From assembly GCA_963677595.1 (NCBI GenBank), contig OY782041.1, positions 1,664,001 through 1,728,000 on the forward strand: a stretch of 64,000 nt of DNA. The letters run 5' to 3'. Position 1 is the first letter of the stretch. The number at the start of each line of letters is the position of its first letter. The notes under the pieces are model-generated. The model was not told the origin of the DNA and made no database searches. It worked only from the letters and a program-made list of their open reading frames with translations. Positions 1-7,529 of the stretch are shown piece after piece. Source of the DNA: Spirochaetia bacterium (GTDB taxonomy: Bacteria; Spirochaetota; Spirochaetia; CAKZLE01). Made by a program: the position numbers and the translations under genes.

Positions 1-433
1 TATGCCGATCAGGAGGCACATCATGCAGGGAGCCTGGGGGATCAAGAGCTTTAGGAGAGATTGTTCTCTTACTCGGTACTGGCAGCGTCTTGAGAGCCGA
101 CGGAAGCTTGGTCAGAAAGCATCAGTTGCCATTGCTAATAAGATGCTCTCTATCGGATTCGCTCTGCTGAAGAACGGTGACATCTACCGGATGCCTGACG
201 GGGAACAGTATCTGTTGAAGAAACTGCAATACTATAAACTTGAAGCTCTCGTCGGAACCCGATCCTGGCAGATTAATTCCGATAAGAGCTCAATAACCAG
301 CTAAAGCCAATCTAACGGTTTTAGCCTATCACTAACCACCTCCCCACGCAAGTCCTTATTTTTAAGGTCTCGGAGAATTGTGTCTATTTGAATTGCCAAA
401 ACTTTCTTGTTTATACCCCTTGACATCTACAGA
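1..433 (+). mobile_element. IS110-family element, right part (truncated by the window edge; right boundary approximate)
   Basis: Transposase C-terminus, then about 125 nt of non-coding DNA containing TTGACA (420-425), ending next to a terminator hairpin. Confidence 0.6.
2..304 (+). CDS. IS110-family transposase/recombinase, C-terminal fragment
   Basis: 'IRRHIMQGAW...YWQRLESRRKLGQKASVAIANKMLSIGFALLKNGDIY' matches the IS110 C-terminal 'K.A.VA.ARKL....A.L..G..Y' pattern. Confidence 0.75.
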   Translation: MPIRRHIMQGAWGIKSFRRDCSLTRYWQRLESRRKLGQKASVAIANKMLSIGFALLKNGDIYRMPDGEQYLLKKLQYYKLEALVGTRSWQINSDKSSITS

Positions 434-471
434 CAAATAAAATAGAACAGCCGCCCTTCTCAGGGCGGCTG
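434..471 (-). terminator. Rho-independent terminator of the pilus cluster
   Basis: CAGCCGCCC-ttctca-GGGCGGCTG (448-471), followed on the minus strand by TTCTATTTTATTTG. Confidence 0.8.
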
Positions 472-491
472 CAGGTATATTCACAGGTTGG

Positions 492-983
492 TTAGTTAGC
501 AATTACGGATAACGTCAGGATGTCTGAATACCTTGAGCTCGTCTCTGCGAGACTGCCGGCTTCATAGGCGATGGCAATATTGCCAGCCATGGTATAGTCA
601 GAATTCTGGACATGTCCTACACCATGATCGAGTGCTACAACTTCATCACCGAACAGAATGTCGTATCCGATGGTCTCATCAGAATCTGATGAGGTCAGGT
701 ACGGCGTGCCTTCTGAACTTGAGGCAGCATTCCTTGACGAAATCTCTACAGTATAACCAGTAGTTTTCGTTGAATTCTCTTTGATAGTTCCCACTTGGGT
801 CCTACCGCTTTCGCTGTCGAGAGATACGCTGGAAGAAAGGGTATCATTCAGTATTACAAGGTCAGCTCTCTCAGGTACATAACCACGGAGTACAAGAGTT
901 CCTGATGTAGCGGCAACGGTCGTTCCCAGAAATAAAACCATGTAAAGAAGAATCACTAACGAGGTTTTCATTTTAGTACGCAT
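492..983 (-). CDS. Chaperone-usher pilin subunit (single domain, minor pilin)
   Basis: Signal peptide, N-terminal donor-strand-like 'GTLVLRGYV', C-terminal 'YSDILTLSVIAN' strand; lies in the usher cluster. Confidence 0.75.
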   Translation of the reverse strand: MRTKMKTSLVILLYMVLFLGTTVAATSGTLVLRGYVPERADLVILNDTLSSSVSLDSESGRTQVGTIKENSTKTTGYTVEISSRNAASSSEGTPYLTSSDSDETIGYDILFGDEVVALDHGVGHVQNSDYTMAGNIAIAYEAGSLAETSSRYSDILTLSVIAN

Positions 984-1192
984 CTTGGTACCCCTTCGTG
1001 TGTGATTTTTCTTACTTTTTACGTAGTTTATTTTTTAATGGTTTTTTGCAATATCTGTTTTACTATCTACTTTTTTCTATTATTCCCTCCCTGTGTATAC
1101 CTGCATACATAATACACCTGCAGGGGAAGAATATCTAGGTAAAAATGTGAGAGTGCTGAATAATTTATTACAAAAACAATAATGTAATCAGG

Positions 1193-2245
1193 TCAATTCC
1201 CGATGATGGTGAAAGTCAGGTAGTCGTAGTAGTCACCGGCAGGAACGAAATCGATCAAGGAACTGATCTGTATATCAATGGGGTAGCGGTCACCGGGTGA
1301 AGATGATGCATCAGCATACGGAACAAGGGAAGCCGGACTACCTGGTGAAAGCGGGTGCCAAACGTTTTCAAAAAAGAACTTATACTCCACATACGCATCA
1401 ACGGTCTCATGCTTCAGTTTGCTGCCGTAGGTCGACTGTACTTCAATGGAATAAGGGACCAGGGCTTCGATGATCAGATCGGCTTGTTGGACCTCATCTG
1501 GATCGAGCGTCCCGAAATTCATGGAATAGGGTGTGGAGGTGAATTCAAAAGCGCCGTCATGTTCTATGATCGAGGAGTTGATGGAAGCAGCGGCGTAGGT
1601 GTTGTAGGAAATGACCTGTGAATCGAGCAGTTCCAAGTTAGGCAGGTCTGCAAAGGTGAGCTCAGTCTGGGGGCCGTCCCCGGCAAGGTCAAGCAGTCCC
1701 CAGAGTTCCACGGTGAGTGACTGGTCTGAATAGGTGCCGGTGCTGATATACTGCCCAGCTGGAATCTCGAACTCGAATGAACTGTTGGCGGTGAATTTCC
1801 TTGTCTGTCCCCCGACATAGATCGTAAGGAGGTCATTCAAGGATGTCGCATCTGCCTTCGACATCAGGACGTTCCTTGAGCTGATGGAGTCATACAGCTG
1901 GTAATTGATGCTGTAACCGCCCTGGGAGATAGTTCTTTGGAGATAGGACCCTGAATCCCCTTCAGAGACCCCGATGACCAGCCAGTCGACCGGGATCGTC
2001 TTGTTCTGGTTGACTCCATTGATGGTGATCGATTCATTCGTCGTGATAGTGATACTACCGTCGTAATTATCAGCTGAGATATACGTAGACAAGTTCTTGA
2101 AGGTCGCTATTGACCCCACATACTGTTGTGCTGACACAGATAGCGTGGATATGATAAAGAGAAGAATTATAACGCTTCTGATACCTTTGACAGTTCTCAT
2201 CAGGACTCCAAATACAGACATACTGTCTATTTTGCTGACTGACAT
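1193..2245 (-). CDS. Two-domain SCPU/CsuE-like pilus subunit (putative tip adhesin 2); true start may be further inside the ORF
   Basis: Signal peptide; two repeats ending 'GTYSDQSLTV' and 'AGDYYDYLTFTIIGN'; 'INYQLYD' and 'MNFG' SCPU-like motifs. Confidence 0.7.
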   Translation of the reverse strand: MSVSKIDSMSVFGVLMRTVKGIRSVIILLFIISTLSVSAQQYVGSIATFKNLSTYISADNYDGSITITTNESITINGVNQNKTIPVDWLVIGVSEGDSGSYLQRTISQGGYSINYQLYDSISSRNVLMSKADATSLNDLLTIYVGGQTRKFTANSSFEFEIPAGQYISTGTYSDQSLTVELWGLLDLAGDGPQTELTFADLPNLELLDSQVISYNTYAAASINSSIIEHDGAFEFTSTPYSMNFGTLDPDEVQQADLIIEALVPYSIEVQSTYGSKLKHETVDAYVEYKFFFENVWHPLSPGSPASLVPYADASSSPGDRYPIDIQISSLIDFVPAGDYYDYLTFTIIGN

Positions 2246-2384
2246 ATGGAATGCTGTTATTACCTTGGCAGTATACTTATTATAATTAGTATAATAACCT
2301 TACAAATGAAAAGAAATAGGCTATTATGATCAATTCCCAAAATAACTGCAGTTTACCTTGGGATCCTCTGTTCCTTAGGACTCT

Positions 2385-3386
2385 TCAGTTCCCAATGATC
2401 TCGAACACCAGGCTGTCTGAATAGTCACCTGCGGGTACCCACCCGAAGTCCCCGATGGTGATCGTAAGCGTATGGGCAGTCCCGTATGCATCCGTAGGAG
2501 GAGCATTGGAGATGAGCATGACCGGGTGCTGCGCTGCAGAGAGGTCGCATACCATACCGTCGATGTCGACGGTATAGGGGATGGTCTCTGTCACGGTCGG
2601 GTTCACATGGCTTAAGACACTGCCGTTATAGGAGTAGGCTGAGATGGAGTAGATGGAATTGGAGCATGCTATCGCATCCGCTTTTAGTACCTCCCCGGGA
2701 TAGATCACCCCGAAGTCCATACTGTACCCCTGTGAGTGCGGGTCATACGCTGAACCCATGTCGACGATGCATAATCCGATGCTGTGGTCGATTGTGATGG
2801 TAAGAGGCATGGTTACGTTATCCTCAAGCTCGGAATCATGGTAATAGGAGATCTCGATGGAGTCGGTGTAGGTCCCTGACGGAATATTCTGGCCTGAGGG
2901 GATCTCGAGGATGAAGCTGTGGCTGTATGTCTGGGTTATCGAAGACCTCCCCCCGATCTCAGAAGATGGGAACCGGTAGTAGAGGCAGTCCTCAAGAGAG
3001 GCAGCAGTCTCAGCATCCCGCAGGAGGTTCCGGTCTGTATCATTGTCATAGAGGTTGTAGTGGATGATCTCATTCCCCATGGTGTGAACAGCGTAGCGGT
3101 CGGAGACCGCTCCGCTGTTCCCGGCAGAGAAGTAGACATAGGTGTCTGCCGGGTCGGCAGTCTTCGGGTTATACGCCGTGTTATAGGCTCCCCGCTGTAT
3201 GACCAGCTCGAACTGGGCATGGTCGGTGAACTCCCGCATGTATGTCTCGGTGACCGATACCGGGTACTCCGCTATATCATAATGCTCGAGGATACCGTAG
3301 GCTGCCAATCCCTGCATTGCCAGCAGGAACACGCCGATGAAAATCGCGAGGTGTAGGTGTTGTCTGATTCGTCTGGTCTGCATCAT
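2385..3386 (-). CDS. Two-domain SCPU/CsuE-like pilus subunit (putative tip adhesin 1)
   Basis: Signal peptide; 'IHYNLYD', 'IPSGQNIPSGTYTDSI', 'MDFG' and 'AGDYSDSLVFEIIGN'; paralogous to 1193..2245. Confidence 0.72.
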   Translation of the reverse strand: MMQTRRIRQHLHLAIFIGVFLLAMQGLAAYGILEHYDIAEYPVSVTETYMREFTDHAQFELVIQRGAYNTAYNPKTADPADTYVYFSAGNSGAVSDRYAVHTMGNEIIHYNLYDNDTDRNLLRDAETAASLEDCLYYRFPSSEIGGRSSITQTYSHSFILEIPSGQNIPSGTYTDSIEISYYHDSELEDNVTMPLTITIDHSIGLCIVDMGSAYDPHSQGYSMDFGVIYPGEVLKADAIACSNSIYSISAYSYNGSVLSHVNPTVTETIPYTVDIDGMVCDLSAAQHPVMLISNAPPTDAYGTAHTLTITIGDFGWVPAGDYSDSLVFEIIGN

Positions 3387-3394
3387 GTTTCCTA

Positions 3395-5878
3395 TTAGAA
3401 CTGCTTGTATTCGATCGGGATGATGATATCCTTCGCCTGGAAGATTCCCGTAATCCCCGACGGGATCTCAAGAGTGAACTCTATGCCGTCCCCGGCATAC
3501 AGCGTGACGATGTGGGTCCCGCTGTGGAGTCCGTAGATCTCAAAGGTCCCGTCGTTATAGGTAAAGAAGAATTCGGGGAAATCATCAGGTCCGAGGACTG
3601 CTCCCTGTTCCAGTACATCACCGGAATAGAGTGCTACAGGGGTCCCGTCAGAGAAGAGCATCCTTCCCTGGACCGTGACATTGGCATCCACCCCGATCTT
3701 GACAGTCCCGGCTTGGTGGTAGGCAGGTCGGAAGGTATAGCTGTCTGAACCTATCTCGAAGCCGTCGGGGATCTCGATCGGCTCTATGACGATGGCATGT
3801 TCGGTGAAGGAAGAGAGGCCGTTGATCACGGCGGCACCAACATTATCGGTCCTTCCTTTGTAGGAATTTCCGCTGGGGTTCACCCCAATGACCAGACCTG
3901 GGATCTGTACTTCCGGTGCGACCAGGACAAAGGAGTCGCTGATCGGTCTTGATACCCCGAACAGGCCATCGGCATAGGAGAAGGCGGTGTCCAGCCCAAG
4001 GTCTATCGTGTATACGGAGGAGCTCCCTGTACGGTTCATCTTGAGGTTTGCATCAAGGAGGAAGTCTGAATGCTTGATGTCGGCACTCAGGTTCGCTGAA
4101 TCCGGCAGGGGATCGTCAATGGTCAGGTCGCTCATGTTCAGCCCGAGGGACAGGTTCCCGTTCAGGTTCGTGGGCGTGTAGCTGGCATTCACCGTATTGG
4201 ATCCATCAAGGACATCCTGGTCAGCGCTGATGGAGAAATCAGCGTTCCTCGGGGAGTAGTTCGCTGCTATCTTGAAGGTCGGATTGTAGCTAAGTGAGGT
4301 ATCCCATGCTCCTGTATAGGATGCGGTCACCCCGAACTCTCGGGAGAGTCTCGCCCTCAGGGAGAGAGACAGGGAGGGGTTCACGACAGTACCGTCCTTC
4401 TCGAAGGTGATCCTGCCGGTGGTACTAGCGGAGACTGCTCCGAGGATAGTCTGTCCATATGACCCGGAGAGTTTCCAGGTGTTCGTCTGCGATGCCGCAG
4501 TGTCTGTGTTGCTGAAGGATGTGTAGTGGTCACTGGTATAGGTCCCAGTAAAGGTGTAGGCCCTGTTCACCAATGAGTTGGCATCCACATGGCGGTAGTT
4601 CAGCGAGGCAAGAAGGCCGAGATTCTCATCTGCAGTACGGCTCGCTGCGGTATTGAGTTTGAAGTTTCCAAGATTGGCAGCCCATACAGTAGAAAGCCCG
4701 ATGTTCTGCTGGTTTGTGCCTGCCTGGAAGAAGTATTGCCCGCTCATGTGGTCGCTGATCCCGAAGGTCTGCATGCCGAATACCTCGGGCCAGGTTGTGA
4801 GGTCCCGGTCCTTGAATCCCATACCGAAAGCGTACTCGGTCTGTCCGGGAGGGGTGAGTGCATTGTCATATGCGAACAGGAACTCCTCTGCAGCGACTTC
4901 CTCCCCGTCGGGATCCGTCAGCTGGATCTTGAAATCATTGACGCCGTTGTTGAAGTAGAAGTCATTGATGGTGTACATACCGGCGTTCATGTCAACGGCC
5001 TTGATCCTGCGGTTGTTCAGGAAGATGTTGACCAGGACGTTGTCTTCCGGTACGAGGAAGGAATGGGTGTAGTTAGAATAACTCTTCCGCTTGAAGGAGT
5101 TGGCATAGTTCCTGGAGATGACTGCCCCGAGATAGGCTGGAGAGCTCTGGTTCGGTGCAGCATCATAGGTGATATCGCCGAGCATCAGCCGAAACGGGAG
5201 GTCTACCCAGTCCTTTAGGAGGCGTGCATAGCCGAACGAGAAAGAAGTATCAGAGAACAGCGATGTGGTGAGCCTCGATTCAAGAGTCCAGCCGGAGAAG
5301 TTGAGGGAGGGTTCGAGGATGAAGCTTATGGGGGTCGATATCTCGAAGCTGCTGCTGTCATAGCCCATGGTGATCGACCCGTTTGAATAGATGTTGGTGT
5401 ACATACTGAACCTGCTCGGTTCGATCTCGGGGTATATAAGCGGGTCTTTTGCACCCAACAGCGATATATCCTGGCTCTTGGTGTTCTCCGGCGGGATGAA
5501 CACCTCGATGAGCAGGTCGAGCATGTTGAAGGTCACGATGACAGGGGCATCCTGCAGGTCGGCTATGGCGACCCACTGCTCGGGGTTCTCGGTGAAATAG
5601 GAGAGCTTCTCCTCCGAGATTCGGTCAGTGAGGAAGGATGCAAGTTCAACGATGTCGACCTCGGTATCCATCTCCTCCATCGGCAGGGAGTTGATCTCGC
5701 CGACATACCTCCCGTCTATGAGCAGGGGAAGATAGATCTCCTCAGGAGTGAAGGTAAACTCGAACTCCTGTGCAAATAGAGAGGTGGGTATTACCATTAA
5801 GAGGATAGCTGTTAACAGTAACGAAACAGTATGTAGATGCGCAGGCTTATCTGATGTTCTCCATTTCATACGTAGCAC
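3395..5878 (-). CDS. Fimbrial outer-membrane usher
   Basis: 827 aa, beta-strand rich; 'RLMLGD', 'AGMYTINDFYFNNGVNDFKIQLTD', 'GVSRPISDSFVLV' usher motifs; adjacent to the chaperone. Confidence 0.88.
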   Translation of the reverse strand: MLRMKWRTSDKPAHLHTVSLLLTAILLMVIPTSLFAQEFEFTFTPEEIYLPLLIDGRYVGEINSLPMEEMDTEVDIVELASFLTDRISEEKLSYFTENPEQWVAIADLQDAPVIVTFNMLDLLIEVFIPPENTKSQDISLLGAKDPLIYPEIEPSRFSMYTNIYSNGSITMGYDSSSFEISTPISFILEPSLNFSGWTLESRLTTSLFSDTSFSFGYARLLKDWVDLPFRLMLGDITYDAAPNQSSPAYLGAVISRNYANSFKRKSYSNYTHSFLVPEDNVLVNIFLNNRRIKAVDMNAGMYTINDFYFNNGVNDFKIQLTDPDGEEVAAEEFLFAYDNALTPPGQTEYAFGMGFKDRDLTTWPEVFGMQTFGISDHMSGQYFFQAGTNQQNIGLSTVWAANLGNFKLNTAASRTADENLGLLASLNYRHVDANSLVNRAYTFTGTYTSDHYTSFSNTDTAASQTNTWKLSGSYGQTILGAVSASTTGRITFEKDGTVVNPSLSLSLRARLSREFGVTASYTGAWDTSLSYNPTFKIAANYSPRNADFSISADQDVLDGSNTVNASYTPTNLNGNLSLGLNMSDLTIDDPLPDSANLSADIKHSDFLLDANLKMNRTGSSSVYTIDLGLDTAFSYADGLFGVSRPISDSFVLVAPEVQIPGLVIGVNPSGNSYKGRTDNVGAAVINGLSSFTEHAIVIEPIEIPDGFEIGSDSYTFRPAYHQAGTVKIGVDANVTVQGRMLFSDGTPVALYSGDVLEQGAVLGPDDFPEFFFTYNDGTFEIYGLHSGTHIVTLYAGDGIEFTLEIPSGITGIFQAKDIIIPIEYKQF

Positions 5879-6593
5879 TCAGTTGGCCTTCTTTCAGGCC
5901 TTCGGGCCATGGAACAAGGAAAATTCGTCGCTGCCCCGCCAGGATGTTCTCACCGGCGAATCCCTTCAGCTGATCTGCAGAAAGGGTCACCTGGGATGTC
6001 ACGCTACTACCGGATTTGGAGATGACGGTCACTTCCGGCTGGTACATGATCTGGTGTGTGTTCCCGTCATTCTGCATATCGATGGCAATGAACTTATTAC
6101 CGTTCTCATCCACATGTGCCTTGACCGATTTTAGCTTCAGGTTGTAGTCGAACTCATCAGGGACCACGTACATAGTACCTCGGTAGACAAGCAGGATGTT
6201 AAGGTTCGCACCTTCCTGGGCCTGGTCGAAGTTCAGCGGGAGCTGTTCAGCCTCGATCCTGAAGGGAAGTTCAGTATCGACAGAAGCAGGACCCCTCCAC
6301 TGGACACGTACAGTCTGATACGCCCCTGGTCTCACGACGACCTGCTTGGGATAGATGTAGAAGTAGTTCGAAGCATCCTCAAGCGTCTCTGTACCGTAGA
6401 GATCCATCTCCCTGGTCATAGCACTGATCTGGACACCAATGGTCTTGTCAGTATCGTTGACCACCCTGAACGTCTGCCGTGCGCCGGTCCCTGTAGGATC
6501 GAAATCCTTGGAGATAGGCGTAAACTGGAACGCAAAAAGAGCAGGGAGGATGCATATGAATAGTACGAGCAGGAATAATTTTCTTTGTTTCAT
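5847..6593 (-). CDS. Periplasmic pilus chaperone (PapD/CsuC-like)
   Basis: Signal peptide; 'FYIYPKQVVVRPGAYQTVRV', 'ELPFRIEAEQLP', 'NDGNTH'. Confidence 0.88.
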   Translation of the reverse strand: MKQRKLFLLVLFICILPALFAFQFTPISKDFDPTGTGARQTFRVVNDTDKTIGVQISAMTREMDLYGTETLEDASNYFYIYPKQVVVRPGAYQTVRVQWRGPASVDTELPFRIEAEQLPLNFDQAQEGANLNILLVYRGTMYVVPDEFDYNLKLKSVKAHVDENGNKFIAIDMQNDGNTHQIMYQPEVTVISKSGSSVTSQVTLSADQLKGFAGENILAGQRRIFLVPWPEGLKEGQLSATYEMENIR

Positions 6594-6614
6594 GGCATTA
6601 GTATACTATAGATG

Positions 6615-6648
6615 AAAAAAAGACCCAAGAAAAATCTCGGGCCTTTTG
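6615..6648 (-). terminator. Terminator/attenuator after the major pilin gene
   Basis: Minus strand CAAAAGGCCCGAGA-tttt-TCTTGGGTC followed by T7 (stem includes G-U pairs). Confidence 0.7.
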
Positions 6649-6662
6649 TTTCTTAGCCTTGG

Positions 6663-7178
6663 TTACTGTGCTTCAATTGTAAATGTTACTGTGTCATCGT
6701 AATCGCCTGCAACATAAGTTCCATTATCTGCTGTTACAGTCAACAAAATGTCATAGGCTTCACTTTCGAAAGTAGTATTTGCTGCAGAAGTAAAAAAGAA
6801 AGTAGTATTATCAAAAACAACAGCAGTTCCGCCAAAAGTCAATGAATAAGGAACAAAGAAATCTGCTGTCCCGTCATCATTCAGGAACCTAGCACCATCA
6901 GTTGTATCATAGTTTACACTCGTTGCTTTGATCTTAAAACCTGTTACAGTGTTTGAATCAACAGTTCCAGTCGCAACTAGTAAGTCTGCTTCACCACCAG
7001 AAAGATCAATTGCAGAAGCATTACTATTTGCAGCGATGCTCAATTCAAGAATCTGATCGATTGAACCAGACAGGGCTAATACATCATCGGCAGCATTTGA
7101 ATCAGCGAAAATGGCTCCACTAGCCATAACCAACATAACCAATACGACTAAGACACTTTTGGAAAAACTTTTTTTCAT
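6663..7178 (-). CDS. Major pilin subunit of the chaperone-usher pilus (ORF track starts at 7193)
   Basis: RBS GAGG before ATG 7178; signal peptide; donor strand 'LALSGSI'; C-terminal 'AGDYDDTVTFTIEAQ'; first gene of the cluster and followed by a terminator. Confidence 0.8.
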   Translation of the reverse strand: MKKSFSKSVLVVLVMLVMASGAIFADSNAADDVLALSGSIDQILELSIAANSNASAIDLSGGEADLLVATGTVDSNTVTGFKIKATSVNYDTTDGARFLNDDGTADFFVPYSLTFGGTAVVFDNTTFFFTSAANTTFESEAYDILLTVTADNGTYVAGDYDDTVTFTIEAQ

Positions 7179-7529
7179 GTTTTCTTTCCTCACTTTATGT
7201 AATAATACCTATACTATACTATTTTGGTGCAGCAAAATCAAGAGAAGATTGTAATCAGTACAAGCGAATTATTACAAAATGTAAGGATTTCCATGTAAAT
7301 AAGTTATCTTGGGAGATTAGTGACGCTAAATATGGTGTCCAGTTGCTTTATTCCTATATTCCTGCACAATATCTGCAAATGTAAAAAGAGTGTAAAAATA
7401 TATCATACAGAGTCTTTATGGGAAGGTTTTTTACTGTTTCTTTGCCTGTTTCCCTGTTGTTCCGGGGGGTTCCGTCGTAGAATATGAGTATCCGGGAGGT
7501 TGGTGTCAAGTTCCTCCGGGGTGCATGAA

